Shown here piece by piece: positions 52,073 through 64,000 of a stretch of 64,000 bases of DNA (positions are counted from its first letter, which is position 1; the number at the start of each line of letters is the position of its first letter). The stretch spans positions 5,022,001-5,086,000 of the forward strand of contig CM035355.1 in assembly GCA_020137815.1 (NCBI GenBank). The letters run 5' to 3'. Source of the stretch: Hormiphora californensis. Taxonomy: Eukaryota; Animalia; Ctenophora. The translations under genes and the position numbers were made by a program. The notes beneath the pieces were generated by a model. That model was not told the DNA's origin. It saw only the letters and a list, made by a program, of their open reading frames with translations, and did no database searches.

Positions 52073-54372
52073 GGGTAAACCGGGGCAATTCGAACAACTG
52101 GGGCAATTCGAACATAGTACTGCCCGTCTCTCACCTAGTTAAGCTATCATAATGACGTCATCCTATCTCCAGAAGAAAACTGCTCGTTCGAGCCTGCCCG
52201 TTACCACTAAATAGGCTCTAGATCCGGTTTAAGTTGGTCAATTTACGATTTGAAAAAACCAGCTGAAAGCTAATAATATCAGCTTTCAGATGGTATAAAA
52301 ATTATTTAAATATTCGCATGTTTTCATTCCAAATTCTGGTAAATCAAGATTACCGGGGCAATTCGAACAACCGGGGCAATTCGAACATGGGCAATTTGGT
52401 TAACACACCGGGGCAATTTGGTTAACTCCCGGGCCAATGATGTGCAGTTCTTTGCACCACGTGATCACGCGTGATACCGGGGCAATTCGAACAAGAACGA
52501 CCAGCGTGTAGATTGCGTGTAGATTACATTGTTCGAATTGCCCCCACCTCTAACAACACCAGGCGGGAATCTTCTTCTGGTGTTGTGAGGACGTTCACGT
52601 GACTCCCACGTGACGAAATAAAGCACTCCTATTGGTGTTGTCCGAATTGCCCCGGTACCATTTTTTCCGACCAAAATTTTTAAATTAGGTATTTAGTTAA
52701 GTAAATGATGGTCCCTAGAGTTGAAATTTATCTTATTTGAAAGATAAAATAATGAACTTTAATCCTATACTAGAGTACCCGTTTGCTGGGAACCCGTGAC
52801 CTGGTAAATGGTAATTTATCCTTATATAACCGGTGACATTTGTGTTTGATTTTTAAAAGATAAATTAATTTGTTTGTTCCTTAGATCAATGAGTCTCATA
52901 GTAGGAGCACGTTACAATTTTGGCGAGGCGGGTAAATCATTTACTGTAACGCGCGAATTTTCCCAAAAAGCGCTGCTTTTTTACGCCGCGCGCGGAACCT
53001 AGAATTATGCGTGCAGTGTAAAATTTTAAAATTCATTGTATTGAAAATTTCCTCGCCAAAAAAAGTCGACGAAAAATTCCAAATTCGTGAATTTAGAATT
53101 ATAAGAACTCCGGTCAGTTCTCATCTTGCCAATCCGTTTTCCGGGAACCCCTGGCCAAAGGACATTAAAATTCACATAACGACCAAGTTTCATATCGATT
53201 GGATAAGATTTTGGGTGGCTACGGTGAAAAATATCATATTTTTGGCATTTTTAACTTTCCCGACGCGATTTACGACCCTTAAACATTGAGTTACGGGAAA
53301 TCGCTATCATGTAAAATGAAGTTCAAACGATTCTCTTTCCCCACTATTGCATTAGTTTTTTGATTTAGAGCCGTTTTCAGGGTCTTAGAAGCGTTTGAAA
53401 AAATGTAAGTATTTTTGGCGCAATGACGTCACCCCGTGACGTCACTGTTGTAAAGATCGGATCAAAAATCTGAGCCCGTACTTACACCCGCCTTGGTCCA
53501 AAGTACCAGTGTACAAATTTTCAGGGGTCTAGCTCAAAAACTGTAGGAGGAGTAGGGAGAAAACAATTATCGGACTAACATTTTGGAAATTATTATATGG
53601 ATAATTTTTTTCATTGTATCTTTTTATGAAACCCGATAGTTGATTTATCAGTCGTTTGAAGATTTTGCGCGCTCATGATAACTGCTAGCTGGGGGATTTA
53701 ACACCCTGTTCGCGATTTATCAGGCCAGTGTCCTTTTTCACGCGTTTCTCTTCATTTGAATAACATGCGTGTAAAATTCTAAGTATTGAAAATGTGTGTA
53801 AACACACAGTTCTGTCAACAAAAGAAAGGGGAAACATGTCTGCAACACGTTTCAATGTTATCTCTCTCATAAGGAGTGAAAAGAATCACATTCCATTCAT
53901 TTCTCTCTCTCATTGTCTCTTTTACTGTTCATTACCTCTGACAGTGTGTATTGCCCCTAATCTTTCTCTCTCTTTCTCAAACATGTTAGGAACAGTAGAC
54001 ACTAAGTCTACACACATTTTCAGGGTATCTGTTGACTATTTACCAGCAGTTCTAGTGTGTTTCACCTTGTGTTGTGTCTCTTATTTGTGTGTAATTACTA
54101 TCGGGTTTCATAAAATATGAACGTTTGTTAGCCTATCGCGTTATAGGTTTAAATCACCTCCCCCTCACCCTCGGCTGGCGCCTCGGGATCGGAGTCGGGA
54201 TTTAAACCAGTTTAATCGCCCTGCCGGGCGATTAAACTCCAGTTGGCTGTCCCCAGCTCGCGCTGGGAACAGCCAACTTCATAACGCGCCAGTCTACAAA
54301 CGTTCATACTTCATTTAAATGGGAGTGAGAACCGATTAAGTAAAAAGTTAACCATTTTGCCCCGGTTTACCC
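52073..54372. mobile_element. 2.3-kb non-autonomous TA-TSD DNA transposon (pogo/mariner-like) with nested inserts
   Basis: TA-GGGTAAACCGGGGCAA...TTGCCCCGGTTTACCC-TA; many internal CCGGGGCAATTCGAAC copies. Confidence 0.8.
54116..54308. mobile_element. Small TIR element with three internal stem-loops
   Basis: TATGAACGTTTG...CAAACGTTCATA ends. Confidence 0.65.
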
Positions 54373-55657
54373 TAATATCACGGCTACTAGATATGAAACA
54401 GATCTAAACTATAAGTTTTCAGTGCAAGGGTGCATTGGAATTGTTATGTTCTAACCCGCGGGGCGTACGAAACACAGTCTAGCTAGGCAACATTGGAAGA
54501 CCTTTCCAATGCATTAAAGATGAAGTTTCATTATATCTTATCAGGAACCGAAGATATCACAGAAACAAAACGTTGCGAAATCCAGGGGGGAAGATGAACA
54601 GTTAATAAAAAAAGGATATTATTATTACATATCAGTAGTGAACAAACGGCGGATATAATCCACGCTAAACAAAAATACCATCTGTTAAAGTTAAATATCG
54701 TTTTGTCTAAGGCTTGGCATATGCTATACTTGTCTGACGAGGGTCCTGGAGGGAATCAAAGGCAGCTAATACTTAATGGCGCTGACAAGGCGAAGCGATA
54801 TATTTGTAATGTTTTTGTAAAATTCCCGAAATTTGGTGTATGTAAGCCCTTCAGGAACATTGCATGTTTCAAACTACTGCAGTACAAAATACTGTACATG
54901 CGTGGGAACCGGGTTTCCTTCTTAGTCCTTATCCCTATTATGTGCCAGACTGGACAATGCAGTACTTTTCAAGACTGAGGGCTGCTAATGGTGGTGGTCC
55001 AAAACACAAGCGAAACTTTGCTGCATTTTCACTTCATTAAAAGCAATCATCCAGTGTATCAAATGCTGGCAGACAGCGGCAAACGCAAAGGCTACGTTAT
55101 GATTGGTCCTTGGCTTCGGATTTCGCTTAGCATTCGCCAATGGCGAATCGCCATACCCTGCAGCCAAGCCCCCTGAATGTTTCTCTTACAAAACACTAAC
55201 GACATCAGGTATTATTTTGCATAGCAACTCGGTAGGACGCAGTGTGATCGCAATCGAAAAATAGGGAACCTCAATATGTGGGGCGTTCCATATGGGAAAC
55301 AGGTCGCGACACGGAGAATAATCGGAGGAATACATACAGAGTAGATGAACAATTCACCACTACGGAAACAGTTAACAGTCCCTGCTCCCCAGGTCACTTT
55401 GAAAAATTGGCAAACGTTGCTGGCCCCCGATAGCGCGGGATAAGGCAGCGATAGCGCGGGATAAGGCAGCGCTTTTCAATTTGAAAAACTGCACTTTGGC
55501 GTTTTTGAAAAAAGCCTTCTTCGACTGATATGAGCTCAGATTCAGCTCAGTTCGCGCGGCTGAATGCGCGGCGTTGAAACGCGCAAATCAAGAAATAACG
55601 CCGCGCAATTGGGCTCAATTTAAAAAAGCTCGTTCACGCGAAATTTAAAATCTTGTA

Positions 55658-55941
55658 AAGTGAAAGCGAAACAACAACGAACTGGCTGCGCGTCGCGCAT
55701 TCGTTGCGCATAACGATCTCACCGGTGAGATTCATATGCGCAACGTTGCACAACGCGCAGCCAGTTCGTTGTTGTTTCGCTTACACTTTAAAGTCGGATT
55801 TTTTGAAGTTGTCACCCCAAAATGACCGCGCATGTGAAATTTATCAATTTTGACGCGCACACCACACGTTAACATGTGATGTGACGCGCAAAAACATTCC
55901 GCGCACGAGAAGGGGGGTGACAACTTCAAAAAATCCGACTT
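55658..55941. mobile_element. Two abutting TA-flanked MITEs (55658-55788, 55791-55941)
   Basis: AAGTGAAAGCG...CGCTTACACTT and AAGTCGGATT...AATCCGACTT, separated by TA. Confidence 0.8.
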
Positions 55942-57652
55942 TAAAGTGGTGTAGCTTTAGTTACCAGAAAGAAGACGAAAACAAGTAAGTATTGTCACAA
56001 GTTTAAGCAGTTCGAATGCCTTGAGGTTCTCCTCAAAGAACCTACTAATACCAGGATAGTTGTAGTGTACCGGCCTGGCACCTCAGGCCAGTTTACTGCG
56101 TTTCTAGATGAACTAGAGGATCTTTTTCTGAAATTAGCAGAGAGGAAAGAGCGCTGTTTAATATGTGGAGACTTCAATATTCATGTCGAGGACAACCTAG
56201 ATCCCCAAACTCGAAAATTCAATGAACTTCTGAACCAGTTTGGTTGGAGAAATAAAGTAACTGGACCGACCCACATCAAAGGAGGCACACTGGATCTTAT
56301 CCTTACCCAGGATATTGCCCCACTCTCTGACACCATTGGTGCCCCGTTCTGCAGCAGCAAACTTGATGAAATAAATGAAGAACACATTCCACATTTATTT
56401 CATGGAATGCCAGATGGAATCGAAGTAACTGAAATAGATTCATACCCTGTGCCTCCTGCCCCAGACCACTATTTAGTAAAGTGCACAGCAGGAATACCAC
56501 TAAAGATGAAGGACGACGAAGTATTGAAAAAATGCAGAAATTTCAAAGAAGTTGACCCAGCGAATCTTCGTGAACTCATTAGAAACTCCAAACTTTCTGA
56601 AGCGCTTCCAGCCGACCAAGAAGAATGTGTTCAGCTATACAACACAACCCTCCAGTCCATCACAGACAAAGTTGCCCCTGAAGAAGAAAAGAGGATAAAG
56701 CACCCAGACCAACCCCAATGGATAAGAACGCCTACTTGCCAAAATGCTCGTCGAATACGTAGAGGAGCCGAACGACGCTGGAGGGGGGTGACAACTTCAA
56801 AAAATCCGACTTTAAAGTGGTGTAGCTTTAGTTACCAGAAAGAAGACGAAAACAAGTAAGTATTGTCACAAGTTTAAGCAGTTCGAATGCCTTGAGGTTC
56901 TCCTCAAAGAACCTACTAATACCAGGATAGTTGTAGTGTACCGGCCTGGCACCTCAGGCCAGTTTACTGCGTTTCTAGATGAACTAGAGGATCTTTTTCT
57001 GAAATTAGCAGAGAGGAAAGAGCGCTGTTTAATATGTGGAGACTTCAATATTCATGTCGAGGACAACCTAGATCCCCAAACTCGAAAATTCAATGAACTT
57101 CTGAACCAGTTTGGTTGGAGAAATAAAGTAACTGGACCGACCCACATCAAAGGAGGCACACTGGATCTTATCCTTACCCAGGATATTGCCCCACTCTCTG
57201 ACACCATTGGTGCCCCGTTCTGCAGCAGCAAACTTGATGAAATAAATGAAGAACACATTCCACATTTATTTCATGGAATGCCAGATGGAATCGAAGTAAC
57301 TGAAATAGATTCATACCCTGTGCCTCCTGCCCCAGACCACTATTTAGTAAAGTGCACAGCAGGAATACCACTAAAGATGAAGGACGACGAAGTATTGAAA
57401 AAATGCAGAAATTTCAAAGAAGTTGACCCAGCGAATCTTCGTGAACTCATTAGAAACTCCAAACTTTCTGAAGCGCTTCCAGCCGACCAAGAAGAATGTG
57501 TTCAGCTATACAACACAACCCTCCAGTCCATCACAGACAAAGTTGCCCCTGAAGAAGAAAAGAGGATAAAGCACCCAGACCAACCCCAATGGATAAGAAC
57601 GCCTACTTGCCAAAATGCTCGTCGAATACGTAGAGGAGCCGAACGACGCTGG
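55911..57652 (+). repeat. 871-bp tandem duplication (55911-56781 and 56782-57652)
   Basis: Identical ORFs offset by 871; includes a MITE right TIR and the LINE 5' part; AG microhomology at the junction. Confidence 0.93.
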
Positions 57653-60352
57653 AGACGTGCTCGTCTAAAGAAGACAAATCCTAAGAAACTTGTCTCAAAA
57701 TACCACTGTTGGAAAAGCACCAGCAAGTTCGCATCCAAAGTTCTTGGTAATGCCAAAGCTAGTTTTGTCAGTAAAAAACTAGAACGAGTAAAAGGAAACC
57801 CGAAATCTACACACAGAGTGGTCAACAGTTTACTTGGAAAGGAAAAAACACCTTCAACACTGCCATCGAAAAAGGAAGCAACTCCACTAGCAACCAGATT
57901 TAACGAGTTCTTCAAAGCTAAAGTAACAAAAATATACTCTGTGATTGAGGCTGAGGATGTTCCAACCCCAACAACTCAACCTGAACCAATAACCTGTACA
58001 TCATCGCTCACTAAGTTTAGACCTGTGACCGATGAGGAACTGGCCAGAACTATTCGTGATATGAACAAGAAGCATTGTTCTCTAGATCCAATGCCTTCCA
58101 GCATGGTCAGTGACGCACTTCCTGAGCTTATACCTGTGTTATCACGGATTGTTAACGACAGTTTAACAAAAGGTGTATTTCCAAAAGTCTTCAAAGAAGC
58201 CATCATCCGTCCGTCGTTTAAAGGTAAGGATCTGGATTCTGAGGAACTAAACAGTTATAGGCCGATAAGCAACCTTAGCTTTGTCTCAAAAGTTGTTGAA
58301 AAATGCGCTTCATTACAACTGATTGAATACCTCGAAGCAAACAAGCTCTTGCCCACCAAGCAATCGGCCTACCGGAAGTATCATTCCTGTGAGACAGCGA
58401 CACTTAAGATCTTCAATGACATTCTTCTGTTGATGGATAGCAAATCAAAAGTGATTCTACTGTTGCTTGATTTAAGCGCAGCTTTCGATACTGTTAAACA
58501 TACCACTCTGTTAGACAAGCTGTATAATTACTATGGCATCAAGCAGACGGCCTTAAAGTGGTTCAAATCCTACTTGATTGGTAGAACGTCTTCGGTTGAT
58601 ACAGGAGATGAAATGTCTCCTTCAATCGAAATCGAGATAGGTGTCCCTCAAGGATCAATCTTGGGTCCCATCCTCTTTATTATGTATACACGAGAGATTC
58701 AAGACATTGCAGGTATCTATGGGCTACACGTGCACATGTATGCAGATGATACCCAGTTGTATATCAGCTTTGATCCAGCCAATGAGGACATCATTTTTGA
58801 GAAAATCCAAGACTGCCTTCAACACATCAAATGGTGGATGAAAGCTAACTATCTAAAGCTAAATTCAGGTAAAACCGAAATTGTCGTGATCAACAATAAA
58901 GCAGACAAGTCACCTAATCCGACATCGATCTTCCTGCAAAAGAGTGACAAAATCCCGACTGAACCATCCACAGAAGCTCGAAATTTAGGTGTTTGGTTTG
59001 ACCAAACCTTCTCAATGTCATCCCATGTGTCCCGAGTTATCCAGTCGTGTTGGAGCCAGCTGGCAAATCTATGGAGGATCAGGAAAGGACTCACTGTACA
59101 GCTAAAGACTCAACTTGTACATCAACTTGTTCACTCAAGGCTAGATTTTGGTAACGGACTACTCGTTGGACTTTCAAAACGGGATTTGCAACGACTACAA
59201 AAAGTGCAAAACAGTGCCACTAGATTTATCTATGGATCGAAAGGAAAGCGAGGAGTTACCGAAATGAGGAAGAAACTTCATTTCCTTCCGGTCGAGCAAA
59301 GAATCGTTTTCAAAGTCTGCCTCCTGGTCTATAAATGTATACATGGACTTGTGCCTGAGTATCTGTCAGACATGATTATACGCAGACAGCCGAAGGCCAG
59401 AAAAGTTCGTCTTGATGATGACCTAACCCTAGTGGAAAAACGCCATGATACAAAATATCTTACCACTCAGAAAGCGTTCAGTGTATGCGGACCTAAGATT
59501 TGGAACAAACTACCTAAAAGCCTAAGAGAAGCATCATCTCTTGAAACTTTCAAGCAAATGTTGAAAACTCATCTTTTCACCGTCGCTTATCCAGATAGTA
59601 ACAGTGGTACGAACACAGTGACTCAACCACGTAAAGCGAAGGCCAAGATTTTAAACCCATCCTGCCGATAATACATCTTTGTCTATGGGTCCTGAGTTGA
59701 CTAACTTTGAGCTAAAGAAAAGACAAGACAAGATCCGTAAAGACAAGCCCACACACACAATTCAATCACAGCACATCACTTTATTTTGCTACAACTTATT
59801 ATAATTTATTTTTATGATAAAAATATTCTTAATCCACTAATTTATTATTTTAATCACCCAATTAACTTATTATTTTTAATCAAAAGTAATCTGTATTATT
59901 CAATCTGACTCAAGCTACCCAGCTGTTATCACTCACTTTTCTTTCTTTTCTTTTGTATCAATTTTGTCCAACCTTAGTCACTACCTTTCCACATCATCCA
60001 CTTCGATGAACTTTTTCAACTTATTTCACTCCCCGCACACTATTTCAATCATTACTCCACCCTAATTCTTACTAGTTAACAATATTCAAATCACAATCAT
60101 CTATCTTTCTTCTTTTTTATACCATAACGTATTTTTTATACTTTTTCCTCGGACTAAATCTTCTCTCTTCATTATTATTTCTTGATCAAAATTAGCTTGA
60201 ATGGCATTCCTCTGGCTATGAGAAGGCCGCTATAGACGCGGTGTTAGTTTTAACGATAATCTCGGTGTTCTTTAAGTATATCTTTAAGTTCTAGTTTAAA
60301 CGAGTAGTGAACTAGCATATTTAACGCATGATAGCGGGATATAAATATTCGA

Positions 60353-60383
<31 letters not shown>
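55946..60383 (+). mobile_element. L2/CR1-group non-LTR retrotransposon, 5'-truncated, with (ATT)n tail and duplicated 5' segment
   Basis: Starts inside the APE domain (GVAL..VYRP..ICGDFN..TLDLI..DH); RT motifs YRPISNL, LLDLSAAFD, GVPQGSILGP, YADD; C-terminal LHFLPV..WNKLP..FK..LKTHLF; TAT repeats at 60353-60383. Confidence 0.95.
56936..59671 (+). CDS. LINE ORF2 (partial APE plus reverse transcriptase), 911 aa uninterrupted
   Basis: ORF track and the RT motifs listed for the element. Confidence 0.9.
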   Translation: MYRPGTSGQFTAFLDELEDLFLKLAERKERCLICGDFNIHVEDNLDPQTRKFNELLNQFGWRNKVTGPTHIKGGTLDLILTQDIAPLSDTIGAPFCSSKLDEINEEHIPHLFHGMPDGIEVTEIDSYPVPPAPDHYLVKCTAGIPLKMKDDEVLKKCRNFKEVDPANLRELIRNSKLSEALPADQEECVQLYNTTLQSITDKVAPEEEKRIKHPDQPQWIRTPTCQNARRIRRGAERRWRRARLKKTNPKKLVSKYHCWKSTSKFASKVLGNAKASFVSKKLERVKGNPKSTHRVVNSLLGKEKTPSTLPSKKEATPLATRFNEFFKAKVTKIYSVIEAEDVPTPTTQPEPITCTSSLTKFRPVTDEELARTIRDMNKKHCSLDPMPSSMVSDALPELIPVLSRIVNDSLTKGVFPKVFKEAIIRPSFKGKDLDSEELNSYRPISNLSFVSKVVEKCASLQLIEYLEANKLLPTKQSAYRKYHSCETATLKIFNDILLLMDSKSKVILLLLDLSAAFDTVKHTTLLDKLYNYYGIKQTALKWFKSYLIGRTSSVDTGDEMSPSIEIEIGVPQGSILGPILFIMYTREIQDIAGIYGLHVHMYADDTQLYISFDPANEDIIFEKIQDCLQHIKWWMKANYLKLNSGKTEIVVINNKADKSPNPTSIFLQKSDKIPTEPSTEARNLGVWFDQTFSMSSHVSRVIQSCWSQLANLWRIRKGLTVQLKTQLVHQLVHSRLDFGNGLLVGLSKRDLQRLQKVQNSATRFIYGSKGKRGVTEMRKKLHFLPVEQRIVFKVCLLVYKCIHGLVPEYLSDMIIRRQPKARKVRLDDDLTLVEKRHDTKYLTTQKAFSVCGPKIWNKLPKSLREASSLETFKQMLKTHLFTVAYPDSNSGTNTVTQPRKAKAKILNPSCR

Positions 60384-60740
60384 TAAGCGACAGGCCGCCG
60401 CGCATCAAAATGCAGCGCTTGAAATCGATTTCCGGTTCCTGATAAGCTAGCGACTTTTTCTTAGCGCCATTGGAAAGATAAAAATTTTATCTTTCCAACG
60501 CAACCAGGATCAAGTCTCTATCTTATCAGGAACCGGAGATATGACCAATTAACCAATTGTGTGCGCGGCGGCCTGTCGCTTAAATAAAAAATTCGACTAT
60601 AGTGGAAGCTCTTACGGTATTCCCACGAACGTGGGAAAAGAGAGATAAATAGAAATACTAAGAGAGAGAAATTTCACTCTCTTAGTATTTCTATCTATCT
60701 CTCTTTTCCCACGGTCGTGGGAATACCGTAAGAGCTTCCA
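60384..60740. mobile_element. MITE remnant (to 60599) and hairpin MITE (from 60602)
   Basis: TAAGCGACAGGCCGCCGCGCA inverted repeat; GTGGAAGCTCTTACGG palindrome completed at 61023. Confidence 0.75.
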
Positions 60741-61013
60741 GGAAAACGTTAAAATCTGGGTGCCTTTCATTGCTAACAATTCATAGTTTTGGCGCGCGCG
60801 ACGGGTTAGGGCTATCCGTTAGGGTCTGGTTAGGGTTTGGTTTGGGGTTACCGGTTAGGGCTATCGATTCTCTAACTGATACCGTTTAGTTTACACAAAT
60901 CGGCCATGTGGTTCCATGGCTATAGCCGTTTGAAAAAAGTCGGTCTAAGTATACTCTTTTGGCAGCGCGCACCTGTAAACAGGCTGCAAGGCACCCAGAT
61001 TATAATCGCGCCC
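60741..61013. mobile_element. Mutator-like MITE, intact 273-bp copy
   Basis: Imperfect TIRs (AATCTGGGTGCCTT); 9-bp TSD GAGCTTCCA at 60732 and 61014. Confidence 0.8.
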
Positions 61014-61465
61014 GAGCTTCCACTATTGGCGATTTCGAAAATTTTTCGAAATTTTCAAAATTGAAAATTGACGGAACTCGAAAGTTGCAACTTGCAGCAG
61101 AACTCTGACTTAAGGCGACAAAATGCCGACGAATAACAGTGATGAATTTAAACTACTAAAGTTCATAAATTTCTCTGTCTTTTCGTTGTTTTATAGCAGA
61201 ATTTAAAGACGGATTTGGCCGATTCTCCGCTTTAGAATTGATTTGATTTGATTTGAGAGGGCATTGAGAGTGTTCTAGCATGTCAATTAGTTTTATGGAG
61301 GCCCGAAAACTTTTCCCGACGCTCTTGCGGTCAAACATCCTGATATTAAATGTAAATTGGTATTCGATTGCACTGTTTTGCACAGCTGTCATTTCAGAAA
61401 ACTTAATCCGTTAGTAATCATTCAATCTTTAGCTAGATTAATAATGGTCTAGCCACTGCTGAGAT

Positions 61466-62047
61466 ATGGAGGAAGGAATTCGGATAAAAAGTGCCCTAAA
61501 AGTTCGGATAGGTAAGATGTAGGACAGTAAACATAAGAGTAAATTATTCAATGTACTCAAAAGGACGCATTTCCATTTGACAAACATTTTAACAACACAT
61601 TCTCACAACAGGTGAAGCAAAGAGTCTGCCATCGAAGTCATGTCGCATTCTCCCTGGATGTCCGAATACTTTCTGTCAGATTACTCTGGACAAGGAGAAG
61701 CTTTTTGAAACGGAAACAGTCTACCAGACACCATGGTAAACCAATTATTAATTAATTATACATATGTATATTATACATACATATCTTATATATCTGTTTC
61801 TTGTGTTTTATACCCCACACCATGGTATTTAATATCAGTTTTTTAGTTTAATATTTATGACATATATCAGCCTTCATTTGTTTTGTGGTACTGATCTACT
61901 TAAATCATCACGACTGTTTCTCTTTTCAGTCCGTTCTTTAGTGAATTGTTTGAATTTGAAATTCCCCGTGCCTTCTGGACGATTGGATTTTACCTGGTCG
62001 CAACAGACACAACTTTTTCTATTACAAAACAGTCAACAATCGGCAAG
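61466..62047 (+). CDS. RASA3: GAP1-family Ras GTPase-activating protein (RASA2/RASA3-like), first three exons (61466-61511, 61612-61735, 61930-62047) encoding C2A; the gene continues beyond the window
   Basis: Spliced: MEEGIRIKSALKVRIG/EAKSLPSKSCRILPGCPNTFCQITLDKEKLFETETVYQTPC/PFFSELFEFEIPRAFWTIGFYLVATDTTFSITKQSTIGK. By eye this matches the RASA3 N-terminus (KIKIGEAKNLP..CTVNLDQEEVFRT..CPFYGEDFYCEIPRSF..IIGK). Canonical GT-AG sites. Confidence 0.88.
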
Positions 62048-62929
62048 GTATGTGTAGTTAGCACCCGGCATGCTACCGGGATATTAATTACCGCTCTTGT
62101 TAGCTAGGTCAACTTCCCACTCTCTTTCGCTCACTGATCATGCATCTTATTAATGTAAAACAGGGCTACATTCTCACCAATATGATCGTGAGACAATGCA
62201 AAAAACTAAATTAGACACTTTATTACACAGACACTGACTGTGAGACACATAAGTTATAACTTTCATTTATGTGTTATGCGGTATTATACTTCGGTTAGCT
62301 GCATACCCACTAGGGCCCACTACGTCATTAAACAATTTCACTTAATAGGCTGTCACACCGAGCAGCAAAAATGCTGCTCTCTCTCTTTCTCTCTCTTTCT
62401 ATCTCTATCTCTCCTTTCTTTATCCACCCTTCTCTCTGTGTGGAAAGAGAGGGAAAGAGGCAAAATGTAGTAATAATGGTGGTCGGTGGACCACGCCCAT
62501 TTCTACACCCATCCATTGTAATCCAGCCACTCAGTCAGGGAATGCATTATTCAATCAATTTGATGGAGCACTAAGCTATCACCGGAACGACAACTCCCTT
62601 TCTCCCAGCGACTCTAAGACATGTAAATAAGAACGGAGGTTGCAATTTGTTACAATCCACTCGTCTTTGTTTTTGCCTGAAATTTGACAGTGTATATTTT
62701 TTTGGTATAAGGCCATACCAAGAAAATAGAGAAGATAGAGAGAAGAGAGAGAGAGAGAGACAGAGAGAGAGACAGAAAGAGAGAGAGAGAGGGTGAGAGA
62801 GAGATAGAGAGATAGTACACAATCAATGCTGACTGCTTCACACTAGGCTAGGGAGGGATTACACTCTCGGTACTGTCATCACTATATCTCCCCCTGCACA
62901 CACAGAGTTGGAGGGAGAGGGTGAGAGAG

Positions 62930-62968
<39 letters not shown>

Positions 62969-63161
62969 TGAGAGGTAGTGAGAGAAAGAGAGGGATAGAG
63001 AGATAGAGAGGTAGTGAGAGTGAGGAGTCATATATACATGTGTGTGTATCACATTACTCTCTTTCGTAGTGAGGACTAGAGAGACGGTAATTCTTCAATT
63101 CCCTCTTTTCTTCACGTCTATCTCTCTATCTATCTCTTTCTATCCTGCTATCTATATCTCA

Positions 63162-63256
<95 letters not shown>

Positions 63257-63601
63257 TCTGTCTCTCCCCTTCTCTCTCCAAAGCCCCGTGTCATGTCCCC
63301 TTGTCAACAGGGGAGAGAGAAGAAGGAGGACAAAATCGAACCCCGCCCATTATTATTGCAGAGGCGACTGTGACAATGTGTGATTCGAGAGAATTGGAGA
63401 GAGGGGGGGGGGGACAGCGAGGGAATGAGATCTTTAGGTTTCAAAAGAGAAATGATTGAAACTGGAGAGAGGGATATCTGTGTGTTGATTGGGGGTAAAG
63501 ATTGACCTTACCATGTTCATGGGGGGTAATAAAGGAGTCGTGTGTACTAAAAGCAGAGAGAGAGAGAGAGAGAGAGACGAAGCCTGCCATCTCTCTGATT
63601 T

Positions 63602-63690
<89 letters not shown>

Positions 63691-64000
63691 CCTCTAACGG
63701 AGGTGGCCCCATTTCGCTAAAATCCCCTTCCTTATGTTAAATCACCCTGCTGCAGGTCTCGGCTAGTCGAATCCCACTCTTTTATGCGTCCTCTTTTCCT
63801 CGATCACGATTCACGAGCTCCTCTTTTTCTTGATCACGAGCTCCCCTTCCCTACCTCTTCTCTCCTTCTCCTTTCTTTTCTCTGTGCGATACGAGTTTAA
63901 TACCCAATATATGGTATATCCCCCACTCTGTGAATCCATTATCACCTAGCCGCTATCAGACAAAACAATGCATCTTTGGATCTCTTTGGCAGCGAACAAT

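Noticed and set aside
54620-55400. Unique sequence with short protein-like frames between EGFR and the RasGAP
   Set aside because: No consistent exon chain or recognisable domain; stops in all frames.

Overview
Eukaryotic (animal) genomic DNA, rich in (GA)n microsatellites and MITEs. The repeat families resemble ones I recall from the ctenophore Pleurobrachia; this taxon call is unverified. The main content is a ~40.5 kb, 34+ exon EGFR/ErbB-type receptor tyrosine kinase gene on the minus strand (ATG 51935, stop 11371), built by hand from GT-AG, phase-consistent exons. Its ectodomain is about twice the normal length and holds three receptor-L domains (SP-L1-CR-L2-CR-L3-CR-TM-kinase-tail). It also has an RQKR furin-type site in L3 and an NPIY motif in the juxtamembrane segment. 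The first three exons of a GAP1-family RasGAP (RASA2/RASA3-like C2A domain, + strand, from 61466) lie head-to-head with it and are missed by the ORF track. A small 4-exon secreted protein with two PAN/apple-like repeats lies at 4525-5736. The rest is mobile DNA: a 5'-truncated L2/CR1 LINE with an 871-bp tandem duplication, a CRE-type RLE retrotransposon fragment, kb-long foldback elements and nested or stacked MITEs. Two stretches (~35730-38220 and ~45900-47640) look like unpolished sequence, and the first hides part of L2. The exon path of the C-terminal tail between 19962 and 14344 is uncertain.
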